Below, piece after piece: positions 42,005 to 51,700 of a stretch of DNA of 64,000 bases. The stretch lies in IMG/VR virus record IMGVR_UViG_3300020048_000083, positions 19,785 to 83,784 of that record; one strand, 5' to 3'. The notes below the pieces were generated by a model, which was given only the letters and a program-made list of their open reading frames with translations, searched no databases and had not been told where the DNA came from. This stretch comes from a virus. Lineage: Duplodnaviria; Caudoviricetes. A program made the translations under genes and the position numbers. The number at the start of each line of letters is the position of its first letter. The first letter of the stretch is position 1.

Positions 42005-44626
42005 TTATGTCGATCGAATTGGTGTTATTATTTCGTTTGGTAATTTTTTACCACTTTGGTGATTTCTATACCTATCTGATTCGTTAAGTATTAATCCTGT
42101 TAATTGTTGCAGACCAATATTCTTTAAGTCTGTACTGGTTAGATATGCAGTATTTCCATCGCCCTTGACTTCTAACACGCCTGTAATGTTTAGCGTTATG
42201 TTCTGTGGCGTGTTATTGCCACCGCCACCACCGTAAGCGTTAAGCGGAGCATATTTCTCTTTTGGATACATAGGCACCTGAGTCATAATATCCTTGCTCG
42301 GCGTCATATTTCCCTTATTGTTTTGACCGTCTAAATTGGTTCCACCGATTACTACGTCATTCTTGTTGAATTTTTGAATTCCACCATTAGACCTCATAAT
42401 AAAATCATCCGCGGTTCCACCCATACTTTTTTCAGCAAGATTATGCCCAAGCCAAGCAGCTAACGGAATAGCTAATAAACTTAAACCAGCAGATGGTATT
42501 GCCGCCGATATAGCCGCTGGCGCGACAGCTAATGCACCAGCTACTGCACCAGCTGTTCCAGCCCCACTTTTAACCTTTTCCTTAATAGGGTTAAATAATT
42601 CTTTAAGCCTTGGTTCTATGGCATCCCACATTTTACTAACTAAATATACCGCCATTTTTGCTATTGCGTCAAATATACCATTACTTCCCTTTAGCACGCC
42701 AGCAACACCTTCAATAATAGTTTTAAGCTCTGCACCCAATTTATACATCCATTCATAAACGCCACTCCCTGAGCTGAATAGCGGCACAAGTTTGCTGGCT
42801 ATGAATTGACCAAGATCAGCCATAGTGCGTTGCAGTGCAGCCATAAACCCACTGTCCCTGAATAATGCTTCCAGTGGTCTGAAAAGTGGCTGTAGTGAGA
42901 ACAGGAACATATTGTACATATTCCTAAGTTGTTCTATAAGGTTCATTCTGTTTGAAGCAACCTTCTGCTCGTCACGAACCACTCCGCGGGCTTTATCAAT
43001 TAAACCTTGGTTAAGCTCGCCGATAGCCTTCTGCGTTCCCAGCATATCAACCTTAACCATATACTTGCCAGTAATTTCATCGCGTTCGGCTAAATTAGCT
43101 ATAGCGGTTAAGTCTTCTTTGTTGAAAACGCCCTGCGAACGAAGCTCGTTCATAATATCGTTCTGTTTTGCCGACTGAAGAGTAGCTTTTACCAAGTTAT
43201 CTACACTTTCACCCGTTGCAGCGGCAAATTCACGTAATAACCCCTGCTGGGCTGGCGGAATACTGAATATACCATCTTTTCCCTTGACAGCTAACCCAGA
43301 AACCGCTCCAACAACGTCGTCAATTAAACCTGCCGCGTCGGTTTGAGCCTTCAACATTAAGCTGAACGGGTCAGCCATTTTAGCGAAATTGCCACCTAAA
43401 ACCCTTAATTTAGCTGATAATTCGATAGCGCCTTCTGGATTGAAAATTTGTACCGCAAGATTACGCATATTATCCAATTCAAAACGTAAGCCCTGAGTTT
43501 TGATAACCAACGCGGTTAAACCCTTGATACCATCCTTAAAGTTCAATGCGTTATACGCTGGCAGGAGTTTGTTTACCGTAGTAAGAACCTTGGTGATGTT
43601 TATACCAAGCTCAGCCGACGTTTTACGGGTACCTTCAACGTACTTATGGAACATACTGGTTGAATAACCAATAAGCTCCAAGTTTGCGTACATTTCGCCA
43701 GTTGTCTGTACACCTAAGCCAGTAGCTTTCGCTATAGCGGATAGGTCACTGATCTGCTGTACAAGCAAAATATGATTTAATCCCGTAATTTGCGAAAATT
43801 GCGTGATAAAAGATAGGGCTTCTTCGATATTTACACCCCATTGTGCGGCGGCAATACCAATTTGACCAATATTATTGTTGAGTTGCTGCGTTTGAATCTC
43901 GGTTTGACCCATATCAGCGGCAATATTACCTGTAATTGTCTGTATTTTCATCCAAAGGTTCCACGAATCTCGCAAAACGCTTGTAATAGTATTAAATATA
44001 CCTTTTCCAATCGACACTAATCCATTGAATATATTACTAAATATTTTAGCAAGCGTACCAGCCATACCAATCATACTCTGCACCATAGCGCTTGACATAA
44101 TTTTACCCATTCTGGCGCCTAACGGGTAAGCGTTTTCCATTCCAGCGGCGGTAAGCTTATTTATGCCAAGTGCCTGCTGTTTATCTCTGATAGTCTTGGC
44201 TAATTGTTTTTCAACCTCTAAATTACGATTATCACCCTTTTCTTGCATTTTTCTATACGTTTCTTCCAACACCTGTATGTCTTTCTTCTGGATTTTAATA
44301 CCCTTTTGAAATTCAAACGTTTCTTTGCTAAGTTCAAGCGTATTTTTAGCTATTTTAAGTATACCACCATTTATACCTTTACCCTTTTCGTCAACCTCTA
44401 ATATTCGTCGTTTAAGCTTTTCAGTATCCAATAAAGTATCCACCCCAGACTTTAAAAGCTGGTTGCTTTTTTTCTTCATTTCAACACTTAACTGCTCAGC
44501 ATCCGTACCCTCAGCGTATTTTTCAACCATTCGGTCGAGCATTTCTTTAATCTTCTGCCCGCGGAATAGAGCATCTTCACTAAACATCGAAAAATCAAAT
44601 GCGTTCGGTGTCCCTGTATCAGCCAT
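42005..44626 (-). CDS. Tail tape measure protein, 873 aa
   Basis: Helical Ala/Gly/Leu/Gln-rich sequence at the canonical position after tube and chaperone genes. Confidence 0.75.
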   Translation of the reverse strand: MADTGTPNAFDFSMFSEDALFRGQKIKEMLDRMVEKYAEGTDAEQLSVEMKKKSNQLLKSGVDTLLDTEKLKRRILEVDEKGKGINGGILKIAKNTLELSKETFEFQKGIKIQKKDIQVLEETYRKMQEKGDNRNLEVEKQLAKTIRDKQQALGINKLTAAGMENAYPLGARMGKIMSSAMVQSMIGMAGTLAKIFSNIFNGLVSIGKGIFNTITSVLRDSWNLWMKIQTITGNIAADMGQTEIQTQQLNNNIGQIGIAAAQWGVNIEEALSFITQFSQITGLNHILLVQQISDLSAIAKATGLGVQTTGEMYANLELIGYSTSMFHKYVEGTRKTSAELGINITKVLTTVNKLLPAYNALNFKDGIKGLTALVIKTQGLRFELDNMRNLAVQIFNPEGAIELSAKLRVLGGNFAKMADPFSLMLKAQTDAAGLIDDVVGAVSGLAVKGKDGIFSIPPAQQGLLREFAAATGESVDNLVKATLQSAKQNDIMNELRSQGVFNKEDLTAIANLAERDEITGKYMVKVDMLGTQKAIGELNQGLIDKARGVVRDEQKVASNRMNLIEQLRNMYNMFLFSLQPLFRPLEALFRDSGFMAALQRTMADLGQFIASKLVPLFSSGSGVYEWMYKLGAELKTIIEGVAGVLKGSNGIFDAIAKMAVYLVSKMWDAIEPRLKELFNPIKEKVKSGAGTAGAVAGALAVAPAAISAAIPSAGLSLLAIPLAAWLGHNLAEKSMGGTADDFIMRSNGGIQKFNKNDVVIGGTNLDGQNNKGNMTPSKDIMTQVPMYPKEKYAPLNAYGGGGGNNTPQNITLNITGVLEVKGDGNTAYLTSTDLKNIGLQQLTGLILNESDRYRNHQSGKKLPNEIITPIRST

Positions 44627-44634
44627 AGTTTATA

Positions 44635-46074
44635 TTATCTAAGAAAGTTATTACGAACAAGAACCTGCTTGCTCTGATCTTCTGCATTAATTTTTCTGGC
44701 ACGGCAGAACTCTATTAAGGCTGGAACATCAATATTTTTAACGTCCATACTTGTAATAGTCGAAGCGTCATACCCGCGAGTACCCGAACTGAATCGAACC
44801 GTTAAATACTTGTTTGTAAACATACCAGAAACAAGCTTTCCGCCAGAAACGTTTAAGTTGCCGTCTTCTATAGTAATACCCGAATCGGGTTTATTTTCCA
44901 TAAGCCATTTTATTACGATAATCGCTGGTGTGTTTTCAACCCCGCCTTTAAGTGGAGTGTACCATTCACCTTCCTGTTCATCGTCTGCATTAGGCATCGG
45001 ACTTAATCCATATTTGTGTCTGATATTATTAAGTTTATCTTGTTGATATTCAAAACTACCAACGGCGCCAGCAATTTTACGTCTTACTTTTTCATCCTTT
45101 GGAATGCTACCGCTTACAGGTTGAAAAAATATATTAGGGAGTTTAAGTAATCCTTTAACCTCTTCTGTTGCCTGAGGTATAAATTCAGCCATTTTACCGA
45201 CTAAGTTAATATCTGGAATGGTTGATTTTTTTACCACGTAAACTTTACCACCCGTATAAACCCATACAGTATGTGGCATTTGTTTTATTTCTTCAAGAGT
45301 TTCCACTATCCAAGGCGGGTTTTTACCGTTATTAATTCCATCAATAATTTCCTGAGAAAGAAGCGGGCTATCCGAGTCTAATAAAACCCGACCCGTAACC
45401 ATTGTTCCGTTCTGGAAAAAGGTTAAATCTTGATTGGATAAATCCTGCCCGTCGTATGCGCTCGGTTCGTGCTTGTTTAATTGAGCCTTGGCAATACGCT
45501 GCAACTCTGGTACTATTTCTTTCATAGCCTGAACCAGTTCGGTTAAACCCTGCTGCGCTTCCAATTCGTCCACGGATTGTGCTGCCCTACCTGCTGTAGC
45601 CACCAAATTTTGTTTGATATCGTAAAGGTCGGTTGATATAGTATCCAATACACTATGTGACCCGCTGGCGTGCTGTTCTATTTTTTCCATAACACCCAAT
45701 AATTGGGTCAATGCCTGAACAACCTGTGGGTTATCATTTTGGTTTGCAGTATCATCAATCTTTTGTGCTAATTGTGGCGCGTTTACGCCAAGCGCTTTTT
45801 CAACGGTAGATAGAAACCTTTTAGGGTTTTTAAAAATACTTTTACCTATCTGAGCCATTTGTGGATTATTTGCGGACTCAGCACCAAATACATCAACAAT
45901 GAACTTGATTACTTTATCTGAAACGGTAACGCCTTGTTCCGCATAAAATCGCTTAACTTCGTCATAGAAGTCTTCCATTGATTGAAACCCCTGCTCTTCA
46001 GCTTCAAATAACAATCTGGCGTAGTTAGAATTGAATCTTCTAACGTTTTGTAGTGTGGTATCTAAGTTTATCAT
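44635..46074 (-). CDS. Hypothetical protein, possible head-internal protein, 479 aa
   Basis: Long ORF; N-terminal RLLFEA fits an L-x-E prohead-protease site pattern; ATATTTATT upstream at 46092-46100. Confidence 0.55.
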   Translation of the reverse strand: MINLDTTLQNVRRFNSNYARLLFEAEEQGFQSMEDFYDEVKRFYAEQGVTVSDKVIKFIVDVFGAESANNPQMAQIGKSIFKNPKRFLSTVEKALGVNAPQLAQKIDDTANQNDNPQVVQALTQLLGVMEKIEQHASGSHSVLDTISTDLYDIKQNLVATAGRAAQSVDELEAQQGLTELVQAMKEIVPELQRIAKAQLNKHEPSAYDGQDLSNQDLTFFQNGTMVTGRVLLDSDSPLLSQEIIDGINNGKNPPWIVETLEEIKQMPHTVWVYTGGKVYVVKKSTIPDINLVGKMAEFIPQATEEVKGLLKLPNIFFQPVSGSIPKDEKVRRKIAGAVGSFEYQQDKLNNIRHKYGLSPMPNADDEQEGEWYTPLKGGVENTPAIIVIKWLMENKPDSGITIEDGNLNVSGGKLVSGMFTNKYLTVRFSSGTRGYDASTITSMDVKNIDVPALIEFCRARKINAEDQSKQVLVRNNFLR

Positions 46075-46108
46075 ACGTGATGTATTATATCAATAAATAT
46101 CAGCAAAT

Positions 46109-46139
46109 AAAAAAATCACCGCCTTATTAAGACGATGAT
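46109..46139 (-). terminator. Intrinsic terminator closing the gp26/gp51-like unit
   Basis: ATCATCGTC-TTAATAA-GGCGGTGAT stem followed by a T run; loop holds the gp51-like stop. Confidence 0.7.
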
Positions 46140-46363
46140 CTTCCTATTGCCTGATTTTGTTTCTCCTGAATTGCTTCAGCCTCTTCAAATAGCGTTTCTA
46201 AGAATATCTTTCGCTGGTGTATAGGCATATGCTGGCAGTCGTTGTACGAAAAACCACCGTGTTTTACCAGTATATAAATCTCGTCAGAAACGTATTTATA
46301 GTACTCATAAGTAAGGCCAAAAAAATTCGGATGTAATCGTAACTCCTGCGTGAAATCGGGCAC
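46127..46363 (-). CDS. gp51-like baseplate hub assembly catalyst, probably expressed as a frameshift extension of the upstream gene
   Basis: EIYILVKHGGFSYNDCQHMPIHQRKIFL resembles the gp51 pattern; only a GTG start inside the upstream ORF; T7 tract at the overlap. Confidence 0.65.
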   Translation of the reverse strand: MPDFTQELRLHPNFFGLTYEYYKYVSDEIYILVKHGGFSYNDCQHMPIHQRKIFLETLFEEAEAIQEKQNQAIGRSSS

Positions 46364-47069
46364 CGCTTGGCGCGGTTACCTCAACTTTTAAATCCAGTCC
46401 AGGTTCGTGATCTGTAATATATTTCCTCAACGCCGAAGAATCTTTAACCGACATTGCGTTAACGAACTGGGCTATTTTACCCTTATCTCTGATCCCGTCA
46501 ATTTCCTGAATCTGGGCTGAAAGCCTTGAGGTAATCAACGAAGAAAATGAATTTTGACCCATCCTTGCCATACGATCTTCGTCGTCTTTGATAAGCTGGT
46601 TATTTTCACCACCGCTTAGGAATCTGAATTTACATTTCTTATTCGTGCTCGGGAGTAAAAACTCCATTTCGCCGTTTTCGTCTGGTGTCAATAAGTCTTC
46701 TTTGAGCGGAATCTTTGTCAGGTCGACCGTCCATTCGAACGTCTTTTTGGTTGCAGGGTCAACCAGTTTGATTGGAAACTCGGCACCATAGCCTGTAGCC
46801 CGTAGGAAAAATAATACAGCAACCCTGTCACCGTCTAACATTTGAGCGGCACGTAAGTCCCTTTCCAGTACTTTCCTGTCCAATAGGATATTGAACATTT
46901 CGCCGTTTTCCATCAAATTCATTGATGTTAATACGTTTTCGTCGGAAGCGTTAAGGTATGCAACCTTTACTTGGGACTTCTTATTTGGGTAATACAAGCC
47001 CTTGGAAGGTAGTTGTAGCACATCGTGCGGTACGTCCATTTGGGCTAATTCGGCAGTTTGTTCGTTCAT
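46305..47069 (-). CDS. gp26-like baseplate hub assembly chaperone, 254 aa
   Basis: VLQLPSKGLYYP, YLNASDENVL, MLDGDRVAVLFFLRATGYG, DSSALRKYITDHEPGLDL...FFWP. Confidence 0.8.
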   Translation of the reverse strand: MNEQTAELAQMDVPHDVLQLPSKGLYYPNKKSQVKVAYLNASDENVLTSMNLMENGEMFNILLDRKVLERDLRAAQMLDGDRVAVLFFLRATGYGAEFPIKLVDPATKKTFEWTVDLTKIPLKEDLLTPDENGEMEFLLPSTNKKCKFRFLSGGENNQLIKDDEDRMARMGQNSFSSLITSRLSAQIQEIDGIRDKGKIAQFVNAMSVKDSSALRKYITDHEPGLDLKVEVTAPSGARFHAGVTITSEFFWPYL

Positions 47070-47114
47070 AACTAAATTGTTTGAATTTTATTTGTTTCCT
47101 TAAATATCTCGAAA

Positions 47115-47450
47115 TCAATTTTTTTCAGATTTCTCGATAAAATAATTTTTATTCTCTATCAGGTATTCGTAATTTTTTTCCGCAGTTTCACATATTTTTA
47201 GAAACTCCGCGGTATCTTTCTCGTCCAGCTTGAACCATTCGCCACGTTGATGTTTATGGTGAAAAGCCCTATGCAAATATTTTTCTATTTTTCTGTAGTG
47301 TTTGCACTTGAAATAATTTACAATTACAAGTTCCTGAGAGGACGCGGTTGAGAGTTGTTTTAACCGATCCGCTACTACACCTTCGGTAAAACCTATTTTG
47401 TAACACCAATCGTGGGTGTTCTGAATCAAATACACGTAACCTTCGGGCAT
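47115..47450 (-). CDS. GIY-YIG / T5orf172-family nuclease, ~111 aa
   Basis: GYVYLI...YKIGFT...RLKQLST...IEKYLHRAF...RGEWF; start placed at ATG 47450 (MPEGYVY). Confidence 0.82.
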   Translation of the reverse strand: MPEGYVYLIQNTHDWCYKIGFTEGVVADRLKQLSTASSQELVIVNYFKCKHYRKIEKYLHRAFHHKHQRGEWFKLDEKDTAEFLKICETAEKNYEYLIENKNYFIEKSEKN

Positions 47451-47496
47451 AAAAAAAGAAAAACATTGCGCACCGTAATAGTACACAATGTTTTTC
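47451..47496 (-). terminator. Hairpin plus T7 tract abutting the GIY-YIG start codon
   Basis: GAAAAACATTG...CAATGTTTTTC (11 perfect bp, extendable with G-U pairs) then TTTTTTT ATG. Confidence 0.65.
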
Positions 47497-47648
47497 AAAA
47501 GCAAATAATTTACAATATTTCTTTAAGCCTACTTATCACTAAATCTGGGTTCTTCTTTATATCGGACTCCCAGAAGCGAAGCAACCACCAAAAGCATACT
47601 CTGATAGAGCATTTTTAGTAAAAAAAACGTAAGTAACTGATTTTCAGA

Positions 47649-48140
47649 TTAATATACAAGTATCGCACGGTCAAAACGTAGCGACGCTGTGATTTTTACA
47701 AGATCACCATTTCCGTCGTATTTCAACTCGCCGAATTTAGCTTGTGTGCACATAGTTCCTTGTAGAATCCACTTTTCAATTACAACACCCGTGGGGTCTA
47801 ACATTTCCAGTTCAACGTCTTTCTTGTAACCTGCCGCGTATCCCATACGACCAGTTACCGACTCAGCGTGGAGCCTAACCCATTCCATCATTGCCTGCGC
47901 AGCCGAAGGCCCGATTGGGTCACGTAATACCACGTCCATAGGTTCCCATAAGAACCTGCCAGCTACCCAAGTTGATGTATTCAAAAATGGTATTTCAACT
48001 TCATCAATTTTTATAGTTGGTCGGGATGCAGATAAAAAGTACCATTCGTTCAAACCTAATGCGCTCGGAAAGCGGATAATCCATCTATTTTCCTTTTTAG
48101 GTTCGTAAGGTACGGGCATTTTCATTAAAAAGTTTGCCAT
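47649..48140 (-). CDS. Tail tube protein (T4 gp19-like), 163 aa
   Basis: YEPKKENRWIIRF, YVAG-like WVAGRFLWEP, GYKKDVELEMLDPTGVVIEKWILQG, SLRFDRA. Confidence 0.9.
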   Translation of the reverse strand: MANFLMKMPVPYEPKKENRWIIRFPSALGLNEWYFLSASRPTIKIDEVEIPFLNTSTWVAGRFLWEPMDVVLRDPIGPSAAQAMMEWVRLHAESVTGRMGYAAGYKKDVELEMLDPTGVVIEKWILQGTMCTQAKFGELKYDGNGDLVKITASLRFDRAILVY

Positions 48141-48177
48141 AGCAATTTCGTTTTGTTCAAATTATTCGTTTGTTATT

Positions 48178-48185
48178 TATAAATA
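48178..48185 (-). promoter_or_regulatory. Putative late promoter box for tail tube
   Basis: TATTTATA on coding strand 37 nt upstream of ATG, within the 12-bp palindrome TATTTATAAATA (48174-48185). Confidence 0.55.
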
Positions 48186-48237
48186 TATCGTTATCAGAAA
48201 AAATATACCCCAAAATCGTAAAACTTTTTTAAGATAT

Positions 48238-48268
48238 TTTGCTTTTTGAAAAACATTGACTATATTTG
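48238..48268 (+). promoter_or_regulatory. Bacteroidota primary-sigma-type promoter (TTTG-N19-TAnnTTTG) with no downstream plus-strand ORF
   Basis: TTTG 48238-48241, 19-nt spacer, TATATTTG 48261-48268. Confidence 0.55.
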
Positions 48269-48374
48269 CACCAAGATTTAGCTCTAAACTATAATTTATC
48301 TTGATATAATTGTGTAAACACGTTAATAAATTTTAGCATAAATGTTTATTTTTTAATAAATTAAATAAGTAATT

Positions 48375-48410
48375 TCATTTATGCTTTCATTCATGCTATC
48401 ATTTATGATA
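48375..48410. repeat. Three tandem 12-bp units in an AT-rich intergenic region
   Basis: TCATTTATGCTT / TCATTCATGCTA / TCATTTATGATA; includes palindrome TATCAT-TT-ATGATA. Confidence 0.7.
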
Positions 48411-48432
48411 ATTAATATAGATTAGAACGCGC

Positions 48433-48672
48433 TTACATTTGGTTGTCGCTATTATCTTCGGTATACCAAGTATTTTCCAAATCAACCTCTTCCAATCCAG
48501 CTCTCTCCCTTTCGTAGGGTCTGAACCTTTCAGGATTATTCAAAATAGCCGATTTAGGAAATATCGATCCTACACCAGCTTTTCTTAAAGAGAGTAAACT
48601 TCTATTACTAGAAGATTCTGCAATTTTCTGGATAATCCGTTTAAACTGTTGTTCTTCAATTATGAGTTTCAT
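48433..48672 (-). CDS. Small hypothetical protein, 79 aa
   Basis: MKLIIEEQQFKRIIQKIAES N-terminus of the type seen in head-internal proteins; between sheath and tube. Confidence 0.6.
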   Translation of the reverse strand: MKLIIEEQQFKRIIQKIAESSSNRSLLSLRKAGVGSIFPKSAILNNPERFRPYERERAGLEEVDLENTWYTEDNSDNQM

Positions 48673-48695
48673 AGTAATAAATACTAAGATAAAAT

Positions 48696-48724
48696 AAAAA
48701 AAGCGGGCTGTAACACCCGCTTTT
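48696..48724 (-). terminator. Intrinsic terminator after tail sheath
   Basis: AAAAGCGGG-TGTTACAG-CCCGCTTTT plus further Ts. Confidence 0.75.
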
Positions 48725-48745
48725 CATATAAACATAAAATTAATA

Positions 48746-51700
48746 TTAAAAACTATCGAAAGATACGTTTGTTGGCGTAACTGTGAATTCCAAATCGATA
48801 ACCTCAAGTGCTGGTGTAGGCTTCAGGTAAATTTTACCACGAAGTGTATTTCTATCGTCACCGTCAGCCTGCGGTTCCAGTTTTACCCTGAAGTCGATAA
48901 GACCACGCTCTTTGCGGATATTATCAAGTATTGGGTTAACTGCTGCAAGGAAATCTGTTCTGATTGTATCATCGTTCGGGTCGAACAGTAATCTGTTACC
49001 AACCTGACCAATGAGTTTTTTGGTCTGCAACAGGAGCCTACGGATATTAAGCCTATTTAGAGCGCTGTTAGCGACCTGAAGGTTCCTATTACCCCAGATA
49101 GCCACACCAATATCACTAAAGGTCGCCAGCGGGTTAATTCTGCCCTTATACAGGATATCTCTGTAGTCCTGAGTCAATTTAATACGGGTTCTCTTAGCAT
49201 TAACCAAACCACGTTTGTAACCAGCGGAAGCATACCATGGGTGAGCCACGTTATCAGTTAAGGCAAGGTTACGAACAACGTCAACCGTAGGTGAAATAAA
49301 CAAGTTGGTTGAGTTGTCGGCGTCGTATATCTGGTACCAAGGGTAGAATACAGCTGCGTAGTTACTATCAATATCAGTTCCTTCCAGTTCCGATACTATA
49401 TCACGCGGGTAGTACCAATCGTCGGTATTTGCAGGCGAGTTGTTGTTCAACAGCTTGATATCAGGTAACGTCGGCAAATAAATTGCGTCTTGACGTTTTT
49501 CTTCGATAATTTCAAGTGCGTCACGAACCAAGTCGGTGTTATTCAACAGGTCAATACCTGGCGTAGCCAAGATATTAATGTTAACGTCTTCAGGGTTTTC
49601 CTGACTTTGTGCACCAATTTGGTAAGCGTAGTAGTCGGATGTTCCGTAGTCGTCGTCTTTACCCTGAATGTTGAAGGTAACGAATCCACCAGCAACGTAT
49701 CCAGCGCGACCAATTTTGTAAGGGTCGGTATTGGTACGTGAGTTACGGAATATATCCCAGCCGTCGAATCCACCAGCCAAGAGGCAAGTAAATTTACGTG
49801 TACGGATATCCGAGTATGGTTCGGTAGTATCTGTGGTTAGAGCAACATTGTCAGTAAACTGTCCAACACCAACTGCGAATACAGAGTCACCGTTTGAATC
49901 CAAGATGCTTGCGGCATTCATATCCATATGGAAACCTTTTGTACGTCCGCCCCACTCTGAGCCTTGACCCCAAGTAGGTGTTCCGCTCATACCTTTGAAT
50001 TGTAAAAAATCTGGATCAAGACCTACGGTATCAGAGAAACCTAAGTAATTTTTCCTTACTTTATCACCACTCGAAATAACTGGGTCGCCGAACGGCGGCG
50101 TGTAGATAGTTTCGCCAGCGGCGTAGTATTTCAATTTGTATCCTAATTCAGGAACCCCGATTGAAGTGGCAGTCCTGTAAGAGAATCCTTCGAAACCAGC
50201 TGGTACAGCGGTTGTAGGTGCGAATTCGTCGAGCTCAACCATTACGTATGCACTCTTCAAGTCGAACATATTGTCGATTGTACCAATTTTCTTACCAACG
50301 AAATCGTCGGAAGATGGGTTCATATTGCAACCAAGGAATCTTTCAACTAAAACAACGTTTCTGTCAACGTCGCTGTATCGGCGTATGTAGATATCGAACG
50401 TTTTAGTATCCAAGCTAACGTTGGCTATAGAAACCTTAATTTCAGTGTTCGCGGTATTACCATCAGAAATGCTAACCAAACGGAATAGCCTCTGCGGTAA
50501 TCCACCTCGGAGCTCAGAAACAAAGTACGGAGTCATAGGCGTCTGGTACTGGAATTTGTAGTGTGAATACGTGCCAGTAACTTTAATTGTAGGGTGTACA
50601 CCTTTAATCTTTCTGTTATTATAACCTTCTTGCAGTACGGTCGGGTAGAAACTTTCAACGTAAAGATATGAGTCTTTATCAGTTGGCGTAACCCCAAGCA
50701 CCTTTTTAATGTAGTTTGTGCTTGTTGAATCCAAGTTAACCGTGTAATCATAAGTAACACCAGATGTAATTGTGGTACCAGTGATATTAAAAGACGCGTA
50801 TGGGTCAACAATAACGTCAGTAGTATTAGTAAGCGCTATAGTAGGTGACGGAACATCAGCATACCTGTAAAGTACGTCGCTTGAATAGAAACCTCTACTA
50901 CGTAAAGTTGCAACTTCTTTATTGTGGTACTCTAACAATGGCGTACCAGTATAATTTACCACAGTAAGTGTTGTTGTACCAGTAGTAAATCCACTTCCGC
51001 TAACGCCGATGGTATTAGGGTCTACGTAGAAGTTAAAAGCCTTTCCAGTATATGTATCGCCCGTAAGGTTAGTAACCAGTATAAATGTATTAACTAGCCA
51101 ATGTTCATTTTCAAATGACGGGTCAATATCACTTGGCAGTTCGTAGGCGTCAGCCTGAGTTCCACCTGTGGTCGCTAGATCAAACGCGGCTTGAACATCT
51201 GTTGGTAAAGTTCCCCAGTATACGCCGTTTCCATCCGTAGCTCCTGTACCGTTACCATACCAAGGGTAAGGCGAACTGGTCATCCTGAAGTACGTGTTAA
51301 ACGCGTCGTCAAATTGGGTTTTATCGATACCGATTAAGGTTTCGAACTCGTCAATTAAATCAGTAGATGAGTCCAACACTTTGAATGTTCCGCTGCAATT
51401 AGCGCAAAAATCGATGTCATAGGTTATAGGCGTCGGATAAGTTAATGTCGATTGATCAACGTTACCAATTGTACGTAGCACATACGCCATACCAGCATTA
51501 AATCCAGATAGTCCAAGAACTCTGGTTACATACAGCTGATTGGTTTGCGATAAATACGATTTGGCAATATAAGCCAGCTCATATTTAGGGATTTGTGTAC
51601 CTTTGTATTTTGTCGGATCGGTGCCCCCGAACATAACCTTGAAGTCGTCCCAATTTTTAATAAAAATGGGCTGCATTGCAGGGCCCTTCAGTGCTTCACC

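Noticed and set aside
27360-47645. Shared intergenic word AGTAACTGA(C/T)TTT near 27360 and 47632
   Set aside because: Only two copies in AT-rich DNA; cannot be distinguished from chance.
47505-47648. tRNA or structured ncRNA downstream of the tube gene
   Set aside because: Only short stems (ATGCTCT/AGAGTAT, TCTGGG/CCCAGA) and a 27-codon ORF; no cloverleaf or recognisable family. Covariation analysis would be needed.
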